A stretch of DNA of 63,721 nucleotides, the filler included, from Chlamydiia bacterium (GTDB lineage Bacteria; Chlamydiota; Chlamydiia; Chlamydiales; FEN-1388), in the NCBI GenBank assembly GCA_903848235.1. It is 8 parts of 8 records of this genome, joined end to end, with 100 filler letters (N's around TTAATTAATTAA, not from the genome) between each part and the next. Parts side by side here need not be neighbours in the genome. Positions count along the whole stretch, not along the records: positions 25,132 to 41,808 come from CAINFV010000100.1; 7 more parts are not named here. One strand, 5' to 3'. Both the position numbers and the translations under genes were made by a program. The notes below the pieces were generated by a model. It ran no database searches. It was not told the DNA's origin and saw only the letters and a program-made list of their open reading frames with translations. Of this stretch, positions 28,839 through 38,076 are shown in pieces (the stretch's first letter is position 1; each line of letters begins with the position of its first letter).

Positions 28839-29933
28839 TTAAAAGTGTACGTTCAGCCAATAACGTGTGTGGCGGAGTTCACCCGTCTTCACCAGCACTC
28901 TCAGCTGTACGAGTTCCGATAGGTCGCGGGTTGCCGTTGCCCGTGAGGTCTTCGTGATTGAGATGTAGTTGTCTGCGCTTAGGCCCCCATCAAAGCCCTC
29001 CAGCCCCTCTTGAAATATTCTCAGGAGGACTTTTTCTTGACGTTCATTTATCTTTCCCGTGAGCTTAGAAAGAAGTGTGGATTTTGCTAGCAGGAAGGAA
29101 AGAAGTTTTATCGACTCCTCTTGGGCCTTCAGAATCATATCAGAAAAAAAGACTACCCACGGAGTCACCTCCAGCGTCCGATTGCACTGTTCGAGGGCTT
29201 TGTAGTAGTCTTTTTTGTTTTTTTCCAAAACCCTTGAAGTGGCAATCAGGAGGGGCTTTCCGACCCCACGAGAGAGAGATTTTTCCACCAAGGCTCGGCC
29301 GATTCGACCATTTCCATCCTCAAATGGATGGATACTCTCGAAGTATACGTGAGCGATCGCTGCCTTGCCGAGAATCGATGGAGGCTGGTTCTCGGAGTTG
29401 AACCAACGAATGAAAGAGTCCATCTCCTTGGGGACATTGACCGACGAGGGAGCTTCGAAAAAGAGTTTGTTTGATCCGTACCGATGGGAAACGATCTGCA
29501 TTGGTTCTGCGTGGGTGCGGTAGCATCCTCGGCTTTCGATGTGGTGGCTGTTTTTGAAAATCGCTTCGTGCCATCGGCCAACCATTGCATGGGTCAACGG
29601 TTCTTCCGACGAGGTATACACATCGTACATGAGCTTTGCCATCCCCGATTCTCTTGCGAGCTCTCTCACACCTTGAGTAGGCAATCCAAACTGCCTCTTG
29701 ATCGAGGACTGAAGGCTCTCTCTGTCAAGAAGCTCTCCCTCGATACGGGAGCTTTCTTGCCCCTCAGAACCCAATATTTCAACAATGTACTGCCCATATT
29801 CCTGTTCGCCAGTACTCTTCAGATATGCGAAAGACTTCCCCGCGTTCAGGAGGAACTGCTTTTCTTTTTCATGAAGAGAAGGAATGTCATACGTAAATCG
29901 CGGCCAGTTTGGCAGTTGCCAGTTCCAACTCAT
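28839..29933 (-). CDS. Fic-family protein (DUF4172-type N-terminus, C-terminal HTH)
   Basis: MSWNWQLPNWP, HPFEDGNGRIGR and TSRATATRDL. Confidence 0.92.
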   Translation of the reverse strand: MSWNWQLPNWPRFTYDIPSLHEKEKQFLLNAGKSFAYLKSTGEQEYGQYIVEILGSEGQESSRIEGELLDRESLQSSIKRQFGLPTQGVRELARESGMAKLMYDVYTSSEEPLTHAMVGRWHEAIFKNSHHIESRGCYRTHAEPMQIVSHRYGSNKLFFEAPSSVNVPKEMDSFIRWFNSENQPPSILGKAAIAHVYFESIHPFEDGNGRIGRALVEKSLSRGVGKPLLIATSRVLEKNKKDYYKALEQCNRTLEVTPWVVFFSDMILKAQEESIKLLSFLLAKSTLLSKLTGKINERQEKVLLRIFQEGLEGFDGGLSADNYISITKTSRATATRDLSELVQLRVLVKTGELRHTRYWLNVHF

Positions 29934-29949
29934 GAGCAATACCTCCTTT

Positions 29950-30006
29950 TCTATAACTCATCGATATATCAGAGGCGTGAGTTATAGAGCAAGCGTCTAT
30001 AACTCA
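29950..30006. promoter_or_regulatory. Three 11-bp operator-like repeats upstream of Fic gene 1
   Basis: TCTATAACTCA at 29950 and 29996; inverted TGAGTTATAGA at 29978. Confidence 0.65.
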
Positions 30007-30024
30007 TACTACAGGGGGCAGGTT

Positions 30025-30060
30025 GTCAACTACCACTCCCTAAAGGGAGGGGTAGTTGAC
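30025..30060. mobile_element. IS200/IS605-end-like 36-bp palindrome
   Basis: GTCAACTACC-ACTCCC-TAAA-GGGAGG-GGTAGTTGAC; abuts the hicA truncation point. Confidence 0.6.
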
Positions 30061-30144
30061 AGACCGCATCCACAAAAGGAAACAAACAAAGGGCCGTTAG
30101 TCTCAGTTCGTTGATTTTTAGAGGAGGCAAGAGTAAGGCCATGA
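30061..30144 (+). pseudogene. hicA: HicA toxin C-terminal remnant
   Basis: RPHPQKETNKGPLVSVR*FLEEARVRP*; ATGA overlap with hicB. Confidence 0.75.
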
Positions 30145-30457
30145 AGTACAAAGGATATAACGGACAGGTTACCTACGACGAGGAAGCCAAGCTCTTCCAT
30201 GGAGAAGTCGTTGGATTAAGAGATGTGATCACTTTTCAAGGTACCTCTGTGGTTGAACTAGAACAAGCCTTCAAGGACTCTGTTGATGAGTATCTCGACT
30301 TTTGCAAAGAGCTCGGAAGAGCCCTGAAATGCATGAAAGAGCTACTTACCAAGCAAAGTGCGATGGCATCAGCCTTAACACATGGCTGAAACGGGGAATT
30401 CAACAACTACTTGCATCACCAGCGGAACATAAGCCAACCTGTAGAAAACACGCTTAG
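30141..30457 (+). pseudogene. hicB: HicB antitoxin with internal deletion/frameshift
   Basis: MKYKGY...FHGEVVGLRDVITFQG...SVDEYL; the RHH tail PEMH...GISLNTWL continues in the -1 frame from 30323. Confidence 0.85.
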
Positions 30458-30773
30458 GGAGTGCTTTTTTTTCCGTGACGGGGTCATGATGGGGTCAGGC
30501 AGGACATCCGGACATTTGAGCAACAGTTCGAGCTGATATCCTCAATGTAGGGTGTGAGCGTCAGCGTGGGCTTGTGTTCGTAATTTTCTCTACCTGTTTC
30601 TGGCTTTTTTTGCTAAATCCTGCTCACCGTATATCGTCAACCTCAGTATAGAATTCGATTTTCCGTAATGCGCGATGAGCGCTGAGAGGGAAACGGATGG
30701 CAGGGGAGTCGGCTAGCTTAAAATGCCCGTTAAAGCAGATATCTTTGTTTAGTTTTTTTTGTGCTAGGTTGGT

Positions 30774-31331
30774 GTGGTGTCACACCATTTTCCTGAAAAA
30801 TATCGAGTTTTTTGTGTACGGTACGATCGCCACCGTAGGCGACCTCATGGAGGCGGGGCTACCCGCATAACATCGATGAAAAGAAGAAAGTCGCCTTCCA
30901 CACAGGAAGTTGAGCTCCCTATCACAGATTTGTCTTTAGAGCAGTTTGAGCAGATTATTGCTAGCGGGTGCGTTGAGGGGGAGGTTCCTTTTGAATTATT
31001 GGCTGAGCATTTTCCGGAGCTTTTATCAAAATGGTATCCTGGTTATCCTGGCGAATTTCGTTTGATGACGAAAAACGATCCATTTCCTGCGCGAGCTCAA
31101 GTCAAAAACGGGATGATGACCATTGACATTCCTTGTATGAAGGAATCGCCACAGCCTGTGGATGCCGATACTGCAGATGGTTTCTACGATGTATGGCTGA
31201 AGAGGGAGGGCGAGAAGTGGACTTTATATGGAACGTGGATGGATGCCGATGACAAATCTGAAAGTTCCTCGTTGCATAACGTAGTTGCTTCGTTAGCCAA
31301 CGAAGCCCAAACGTTCTTCCCAAGTCATTAA
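30774..31331 (+). CDS. Hypothetical protein
   Basis: ORF with no motif recognised; true start possibly ATG 30876. Confidence 0.5.
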   Translation: MVSHHFPEKYRVFCVRYDRHRRRPHGGGATRITSMKRRKSPSTQEVELPITDLSLEQFEQIIASGCVEGEVPFELLAEHFPELLSKWYPGYPGEFRLMTKNDPFPARAQVKNGMMTIDIPCMKESPQPVDADTADGFYDVWLKREGEKWTLYGTWMDADDKSESSSLHNVVASLANEAQTFFPSH

Positions 31332-31369
31332 TTTATCTCTTGTCAAAGCTTAATGTCATTAAACACTGT

Positions 31370-31480
31370 TGAGACGGCTTGCGTCTCACTTTTGCTTGAA
31401 AATGAGACGCAAATGTAGTAGCGTCTCAAATGTGAGACACAAAGCGAGTTGCGTCTCACTTTTGCCCAATCGTGAGACAC
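31370..31480. promoter_or_regulatory. Array of seven alternating TGAGAC(G/A)/GCGTCTCA sites upstream of Fic gene 2
   Basis: Forward sites at 31370, 31403, 31433, 31473; reverse sites at 31381, 31421, 31451. Confidence 0.75.
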
Positions 31481-31499
31481 TACAAGAGGGTCGGTCTAT

Positions 31500-32591
31500 A
31501 TGCTCCCCTACGTTCCCGCGTCGCTACCCATGTCTGACATCTCCTGGGGTAAACTCACGCGCCTCATCGCGCGTGCTAACCGAGAGCTTGCTTCGTATGA
31601 TGGGCTCCTTCATGGTCTGGTTAATCCACTCATTCTCCTTTCCCCTTTGGCCACTCAAGAGGCTGTTTTGTCATCGAAAATTGAGGGGACTCAGGCAACT
31701 CTCGAGGAAGTATTGGAATTCGAGGCACGGCCCTGCGTTGAGGATCAGAGAAAGCAGGCAGATATCCAGGAAGTTTTGAATTATCGCACAGCCATGGAGG
31801 TTGCGATATCAGAGCTAAAAACAAGGCCGCTCACACTTAATCTCATTAAAAGCGTCCACGAAGTGCTCATGGACTATGTTCGGGGCCACAACAAACGAAG
31901 AGGAACCTTCCGATCGATGCAGAATTGGATTGGCTCGGCAGGATGCTCTATCAATGAAGCATCTTTCGTGCCTCCTTCACCTTTTGAGCTACTCAAACAC
32001 TTGGATAACCTTGAAAAGTATTTTCACTTCGATGATGTGGATCTTATTGCCCAAGCTGGGATCATCCACGCCCAATTTGAGCTTATCCATCCCTTCATGG
32101 ATGGAAACGGTCGACTGGGTCGGATGCTCATCCCTCTCTTCCTCTTCCAGCACGGCGTTATCAGCACTCCGTCATTTTATCTCAGCACCTACCTTGAATC
32201 CAAAAGGGATGAATATTACGAACGATTGAGAGGAATTTCGCGCGCGGGTGATTGGGAGGGGTGGATCACATTCTTTCTGCTCGCTGTGATAGAACAAGCC
32301 ATGGCAAGTAAGGCTCTGGTGAAAAAAATCATGGATCTCTATGGAGAAATGAAGGCGCTTGTTCCAGCCTTGACACGATCTGCGCATGCGACTACGGCTC
32401 TGGATCTTCTCTTTTCCAAGCCGATCTTTTCCTCCACAGATTTTTCTGCTCGGGCCAAAATCCCAAAAGCCACCGCTGCCAGGCTGCTAAAAGTCCTCGA
32501 GCATGAAGGTGTGATTGCACTGACACAGGCCGGCCAAGGTCGAGAAGCGGGCGTCTATGCCTTCACTCGGCTCTTGAAGCTTGTCTCTTAA
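31500..32591 (+). CDS. Fic/DOC protein with C-terminal winged HTH
   Basis: EAVLSSKIEGTQ, HPFMDGNGRLGR and IPKATAARLL. Confidence 0.93.
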   Translation: MLPYVPASLPMSDISWGKLTRLIARANRELASYDGLLHGLVNPLILLSPLATQEAVLSSKIEGTQATLEEVLEFEARPCVEDQRKQADIQEVLNYRTAMEVAISELKTRPLTLNLIKSVHEVLMDYVRGHNKRRGTFRSMQNWIGSAGCSINEASFVPPSPFELLKHLDNLEKYFHFDDVDLIAQAGIIHAQFELIHPFMDGNGRLGRMLIPLFLFQHGVISTPSFYLSTYLESKRDEYYERLRGISRAGDWEGWITFFLLAVIEQAMASKALVKKIMDLYGEMKALVPALTRSAHATTALDLLFSKPIFSSTDFSARAKIPKATAARLLKVLEHEGVIALTQAGQGREAGVYAFTRLLKLVS

Positions 32592-32787
32592 GACATCGAT
32601 GCAGCAACCGGAGCTCTTCTTTATTCCTAAAGATACGAGGCAACTGGAATCCTAACCAGGTCATGAGTCGTTTTTTTCGAATTACAAATAGCTCAAAATC
32701 AAAATATTATGATTTTATTGGCGGGAATTGATGGTGTTAGCGCAGTATAGAATGGTTTTTGAAAAATTATATTAGGAATTTAGCAAC

Positions 32788-33639
32788 GTGAAAAGAGAAG
32801 TAAATCTTGCGAAATTAAAGCTTAATTCTAATGTGAAAAAACAAATTCATAAGTGCCTTGATTTAGTTATGGAAATTTTTGGACAGGATCTGCTTGGAAT
32901 ATATTTATATGGATCATCAATAGTAGGCGGGCTTCAAAAATATAGTGACATTGACGTATTCGTTGTTTCCAATAGAGCTACAACACGTGAGGAAAAAGCT
33001 AAGCTTGTGACAGCCTTGCTTCAAATTTCCGGCATTTATATGAAAAGCAAAAAATTACCTATCGAAATGACGATAGTTGAGAAATCCGAAATTAATCCTT
33101 GGTATTATCCTCCTAGATTTGATTTTCAATACGGTGATTGGTTGCGTAAACAATTTGAGCACGGAAATATAGAGCCATGGCCCGTTAAAGAAATGCCTGA
33201 TCTTGCATTGCTCGTTACACAAGTTTTATTAGCCAGCACTACATTAGTGGGTGTCAATCCAGATCAATTACTTTGCAAGGTTCCTTATAAAGATTTTATG
33301 ACTGCTATAATAGATGGGTTGCCAAATTTAATGTCTGATCTTGATAGTGATGTTCGTAATGTATTATTAACGTTTGCTCGAATCTGGAGCACTGTAGCAA
33401 CTGACGCGATTCGTTCCAAACCAGCTGCGGCAGACTGGGTTATTAATCGCCTGCCTGAAAAATATCGCCCAGTTATGGAACGGGCAAAGGCAATTTGCAA
33501 AGGGGAAGAAAAAGAACATTGGGATGATATACAGGAGCTTATAAAGCCCTGTGCTGATTTTATGTTGTGCGAGGCAAATGATAAAATTGCTGAAATTATT
33601 TTATCAGATAATGTTGATAAATCTATTAAGATTGTTTAA
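32788..33639 (+). CDS. Aminoglycoside adenylyltransferase, ANT(9)/AadA family
   Basis: GIYLYGSSIVGGLQKYSDIDVFVV, PWYYPP.FDFQYGDWLR, DVRNVLLTFARIW and SKPAAADW. Confidence 0.88.
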   Translation: MKREVNLAKLKLNSNVKKQIHKCLDLVMEIFGQDLLGIYLYGSSIVGGLQKYSDIDVFVVSNRATTREEKAKLVTALLQISGIYMKSKKLPIEMTIVEKSEINPWYYPPRFDFQYGDWLRKQFEHGNIEPWPVKEMPDLALLVTQVLLASTTLVGVNPDQLLCKVPYKDFMTAIIDGLPNLMSDLDSDVRNVLLTFARIWSTVATDAIRSKPAAADWVINRLPEKYRPVMERAKAICKGEEKEHWDDIQELIKPCADFMLCEANDKIAEIILSDNVDKSIKIV

Positions 33640-33746
33640 TGATGCTTTTATGGTCGTAGTTCGTTTTTATCTGTCTGTCATTATTTTATAGAATTATTTA
33701 AAAATGTTTATTAATATATATGTAAATATAATAGAGAGAGATTTTT

Positions 33747-34955
33747 GTGTCGTATTTATCAATATCAAGGGTCGGCCACATTCAGCCGTGGAATGAGGCG
33801 GAAATTCAAACACTCGCAAGAGACACTCCTCAGGTTGAGAGAGACCTTGTAGAGATTGCGCTGGACGTCATTCAATTTTCACCAACCGCCATCGCTCTTT
33901 CAACAGGAATCTCCAAACGTTGGAGAACTGAGCTTCAACGAATCTTTACTTTGCAACCAAGGCAGCAAAGCCAGGCAGTAACAACGATTCGCCTGATATT
34001 TGCCCAAGTACGTGCTGAGCAAACAATAGGTCAGCAACGACATGGCGATTCTCGCCTCAGTAACCCTTTCGAAACGATCCCCGATCCTCTCCTAGTAGAG
34101 TTTGTCGGGATCTTGTCACCCGTGACTCGAGCGCGGTTTGCCCTGGTAAGCCGACGATTTCGGGACGCCGTGGGCGCTTACAGAACTATCCGCATGGGTG
34201 CCTTTATGGACAACGGCCGACTTATGGACTTCCTTCCATGTTTTTGCCATAAGGTTCCCAAGCGTGCAAAACCCGAGACCTTCGACGCCTTCCAAGACGA
34301 GCTGCAAATGGCTCTTCCGCATCTGGTAAGAGCTCTCCAAGTATCACCCGCTCTTACTGAGTCTGAAAAGGGAGAGTTGAGCGAACACTGCGCTCAACAG
34401 ATCGCTTCCGATCCGCAACTTCTTCTCAACTATCTTGAGGCAAGCCACAACATGAGCCTTGTTACACTCGTCGGGACGTACGCAGCTGACTTCCTTTTTG
34501 AAGGCCCTACGCTTCAATCAAAAGCCGAATTTGCTCAAAACTGGATTGTTAAAAAACAAGGCTTTATAGAAAGATTGGTCAGCATTGGAGGTCGGAGTAG
34601 TAAAATGACGTGCATACCGAAAGAGGTGTATGCCTGCTCCAGATTACAGGAACTCAAACTCGAGAACCACGCCATCCGCGTTCTCCATCCTGCGATCGGA
34701 ACGCTCACCAGCCTTCGGAGGCTTTATCTCGATAAAAATCAACTTGAATGCCTCCCCAGCTCATTCAGCGCTCTTACAAACCTTACGGTCGTTACCCTTT
34801 GTGGTAACAAATTCCGACGCATCCCTTCGGTAGTAGTACGACTGACCAATCTCTGTTTGTTAGACTTAGGCCCCGTCGACTCGCCTCAAGATCATACCCC
34901 GCCACGGCCAAGGCCTCAGGCCGAGCTCCCGAAGAAATCTTGCTCTGTGCAGTGA
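33747..34955 (+). CDS. F-box + leucine-rich-repeat protein with C-terminal CaaX
   Basis: FETIPDPLLVEFVGILSPVTRARFALVSRRFR; LxxLxLxxNxL repeats; ends KKSCSVQ. Confidence 0.82.
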   Translation: MSYLSISRVGHIQPWNEAEIQTLARDTPQVERDLVEIALDVIQFSPTAIALSTGISKRWRTELQRIFTLQPRQQSQAVTTIRLIFAQVRAEQTIGQQRHGDSRLSNPFETIPDPLLVEFVGILSPVTRARFALVSRRFRDAVGAYRTIRMGAFMDNGRLMDFLPCFCHKVPKRAKPETFDAFQDELQMALPHLVRALQVSPALTESEKGELSEHCAQQIASDPQLLLNYLEASHNMSLVTLVGTYAADFLFEGPTLQSKAEFAQNWIVKKQGFIERLVSIGGRSSKMTCIPKEVYACSRLQELKLENHAIRVLHPAIGTLTSLRRLYLDKNQLECLPSSFSALTNLTVVTLCGNKFRRIPSVVVRLTNLCLLDLGPVDSPQDHTPPRPRPQAELPKKSCSVQ

Positions 34956-34977
34956 TGTTGGACAGCGGCGTGGCGAC

Positions 34978-35021
34978 CTCGACTTCGTACATTTTTTTAA
35001 GGTCGCCTTCGAGGAAGAAGC
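34978..35021 (+). mobile_element. Degenerate MITE family B left end
   Basis: CTCGACTTCGTACATTTTTTT...CTTCGAGGAAGAAGC resembles the 4084 and 53079 left ends. Confidence 0.5.
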
Positions 35022-35261
35022 GGCATTAGAAAAATGTAGAGGGACTTATTTTGCAGTGTGCTAACTCTGAAATTCCTGAATACAATTAGAACACGTAACG
35101 ATTTGCTTTGTATTAAAGAAAATAGTTGCTCGATAAATGATTGTCGGCTTCAGTCAGCCAAATATGTTGGGTCTTCGAGTCTTTACTCCTTTTATGATAA
35201 CGCAAAGCTGAACATTTAAATTCAAGTTTGCGCTATTTTATCCAACAAAAAAGGGGATACA

Positions 35262-35576
35262 ATGAAATTAATAGATGTTACTGACTGTGCCGAGTCCTGT
35301 TCATGTGCGACCTTCCGTGCTCTAGAGGCGGCTACGGAAGCCGGTAGATTCGCGGTGACTGTTGCTGGCAGAAGACTAGAGGCAAATCAGGCTGTGATTT
35401 CTGCGCTTGTCGATCAAACTCAAAAATCTGTCTGGGTCGTGATCCGTCAATATGGTCAACACGATTACCGAATCATCGAATCCACGGGAAAAATTCCTGG
35501 ATTCAACGAAAAGACGCTCTTAGAGCTTGCGATAGCTTGCATCCAAGCTGTTCGCTTCAAACACATCCATGGTTAG
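35262..35576 (+). CDS. Hypothetical protein
   Basis: AAGGGG RBS; 104 aa. Confidence 0.55.
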   Translation: MKLIDVTDCAESCSCATFRALEAATEAGRFAVTVAGRRLEANQAVISALVDQTQKSVWVVIRQYGQHDYRIIESTGKIPGFNEKTLLELAIACIQAVRFKHIHG

Positions 35577-35652
35577 GAATCAGGAACAAAAGGCTTCTCG
35601 GCTTTTTCCTGCATCAACCGGATGCGATTTGATCGATCCAAAAAAAGTCTCG

Positions 35653-37857
35653 CTAAGGAGCGGGCAGCACCCATAACCGTCTTGGAATTGTTGATGGTTT
35701 TGACTGAACGCCAGCATTTGACAGCGTATCCTGTGGAAGTTCTGCCACTGTGTTGAAAGTCTTATTTTTCGAATAGGTGAGGCGGGTAGGATAAGCTACA
35801 CCATTAATCTCGAATGGACAAATATCGAAAAAACCCATAGAGGAATACGGGGAGAACCCAAGCAAAATCGTATATAGACTGTTATATAGGACAATATTGT
35901 TCGGGATAGGGGCCTGCAGCCAATAGTTATCTTTGTACTGGATGTCGCCATAAGTACAACATCCGCCAGTATCGCTGCCGTACGGCACATTATTGCCGTC
36001 GCTTGGTAAAGAAGAGTAGGGAAGTGGATCATCAGCTCGGGGAGGAGGGCCAAGGTAGGTTACCCCGATGGGATTATTATATGAAATGTTGCCTTTCAGG
36101 CGAATGTAGCGACTCCCTCCATCAGTATAAAACGTATTACCGCCTCCTGATACTCGTTTCCCGTAAGCTACGTTTTCTTTAATCAAAAGCCCTCTCGAAA
36201 GAGATGGGCCTTGCTGTCCTGTCGTATAAATTGCGCCTCCGTCCCAAACAACGTTGAGAAAATCTGTGATCTTGTTCTTAAGAATCGTGCACCCACGATT
36301 GGCTGTCTGCTCGGTGACCTTACCCCAAAGTCCGCTGGTTGCTTGAGGCACCCCAGGAAAGCTGCCCTTATCCATCAAACCCCATCCCCAGCCCATTGCA
36401 ATACCTGACCAGGGAACATTGACAATCGTGTTATGGCTCACGCGTGTTTTGCTGGAGAACCCTACGAATATCCCTGCCGCGTCAACATACTCGACTCCGA
36501 CGCTTCGTACCAGATTATTGGTGATTTTGTTATTCCGAGTAGTTTGGTCATAATGCTTAGGATGGGCGTCAGTTTCAGAAACACCTCCCAAAATAATCGC
36601 TGAAGATGAGATGTCAGTAAATAAATTACTTTTAATGATGGTGTTTTCGCAGCCGGTCACACAGTGGAGGCCCACCCCACCAAGATGCTGAAAAATATTG
36701 CCGTAGAAGAGAATGTCTTTGGCATAGGTAAAGGAGAGGTTGCCCCGACTTGGCACCACATGAGGGTCGTGCCCAATATAATTGGGTTTGTGATTTGACC
36801 CTACAAGGACGAAGCCGCTCTGATCCGCGACGTATCCATTCTTGCCGCTCGGATCAAGCCAGGTGGCATAGGCAAAAGTAAGTCCCTTAAACTGTATATT
36901 TTCAATGGGGGAGTGAAGCGTGCCTGTGCCTTGAATCAGAGTTTCGACAACTGGCAGCTCCACATTGGCTGTACTCAAATCTTCTCCTGCATGCGGGATA
37001 TAGTAAAGCCATCCCGCCTTTTGATCTAGATACCACTGGCCCTCCTCAGTGAGGAATTCATAAGCATTTTCAAATCGCGTGACCTGCCAGAAGCTCCATA
37101 TGCCTGGAAGATTTGTATTGATGTCAAAATAAATGTTTGCATTTTGCCATGCGGGCTCCTGCATGGCAATAAGACCATTATTGTGTGAACTGTATGGGGT
37201 GATCGAAGATAGAGGAACGCGCATCATCTTCCACTGCGTGATAATGACGGCTTCAATATCCTGAGGATTTGTCCACTTCGAGGGGTCTGCCCAAGCAACA
37301 GGATTCAATGATGTAGGGATAAACTCGATGCCGCCATTAGTCCAGGACGGAAGAAAGGCAGCAGGATAGGGTGTTGTTTGCGCCCGTGTCGCACGTTTCC
37401 CATTGACATATAGCTGGCGTGACTGCCGAGGCCCTACATAAGCGCGATAAATATTAAGAGAAGCGTCGTATAAGCTCCACCCTGTTACCTTAATCGACCC
37501 GCAAATAAGCGGATGTTCACCCGGTGCGGCTCTCCATATAACGTTATGCTCATAGCGACCTGAATCTTTTGATGTAAGCTTCAAGGTTTTTTTTAGCCGG
37601 TAGGTGCCGCCACGAATGTAAATGTTGATATCATGGTCTTGGAAAGCCCTTGAGGGCAGACTTCTCACAGCATCCCGCGCCTTTTGAAGCGTATGAAAAG
37701 GGGAATGTTTTGAACCTGAATTGGAATCGCTGCCATTCTTGGAAACCCAAAATTCTTTGGAGTCGGCAGGGATATGCTTGATTTCGTCTATTGTCTCTGA
37801 AAACAACATGGCCTGAAAAAAAACAGCTAAGTATGAAAGACAAAAAGAGAAGCGCAT
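35653..37857 (-). CDS. Secreted right-handed parallel beta-helix protein (pectin-lyase-like glycoside hydrolase)
   Basis: Signal peptide; WVS..GSDSNSGS..PF.TL..A, IRGGTY, ENAYEFL..EGQWYLD and DGGAIYT. Confidence 0.82.
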   Translation of the reverse strand: MRFSFCLSYLAVFFQAMLFSETIDEIKHIPADSKEFWVSKNGSDSNSGSKHSPFHTLQKARDAVRSLPSRAFQDHDINIYIRGGTYRLKKTLKLTSKDSGRYEHNVIWRAAPGEHPLICGSIKVTGWSLYDASLNIYRAYVGPRQSRQLYVNGKRATRAQTTPYPAAFLPSWTNGGIEFIPTSLNPVAWADPSKWTNPQDIEAVIITQWKMMRVPLSSITPYSSHNNGLIAMQEPAWQNANIYFDINTNLPGIWSFWQVTRFENAYEFLTEEGQWYLDQKAGWLYYIPHAGEDLSTANVELPVVETLIQGTGTLHSPIENIQFKGLTFAYATWLDPSGKNGYVADQSGFVLVGSNHKPNYIGHDPHVVPSRGNLSFTYAKDILFYGNIFQHLGGVGLHCVTGCENTIIKSNLFTDISSSAIILGGVSETDAHPKHYDQTTRNNKITNNLVRSVGVEYVDAAGIFVGFSSKTRVSHNTIVNVPWSGIAMGWGWGLMDKGSFPGVPQATSGLWGKVTEQTANRGCTILKNKITDFLNVVWDGGAIYTTGQQGPSLSRGLLIKENVAYGKRVSGGGNTFYTDGGSRYIRLKGNISYNNPIGVTYLGPPPRADDPLPYSSLPSDGNNVPYGSDTGGCCTYGDIQYKDNYWLQAPIPNNIVLYNSLYTILLGFSPYSSMGFFDICPFEINGVAYPTRLTYSKNKTFNTVAELPQDTLSNAGVQSKPSTIPRRLWVLPAP

Positions 37858-37961
37858 AGCAATAACATCCTTGCTTGGTATCCATCTACCTCTAGCCTTG
37901 CCTGTTAGCTCGGGCTAGTGCCAAATAAATTTATTTATAGGCAATAGGTGAATTTCTATAC

Positions 37962-37987
37962 AGCCCGACTTTGTACAAAGTCGGGCT
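37962..37987. repeat. 26-bp perfect palindrome related to family B TIR
   Basis: AGCCCGACTTTGTACAAAGTCGGGCT; no intact TSD. Confidence 0.6.
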
Positions 37988-38076
37988 AAGGTTGTTTTTC
38001 AGAGGCGCGAAGGATTATAAAGGCGTTGAATACTCTATTTTGTTGGATAACTATAAATAGCAGAGGAGAAGTTGTT

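Noticed and set aside
31370..31480. Possible CRISPR array
   Set aside because: Repeats are 7-17 bp, alternate in orientation and lack unique spacers of about 30 bp; no cas genes seen.
32640..32745. attC-like CCTAAC...GTTAGC upstream of the ANT gene (integron cassette idea)
   Set aside because: The boxes do not fit RYYYAAC/GTTRRRY, the interior is not palindromic, and no integrase is present.
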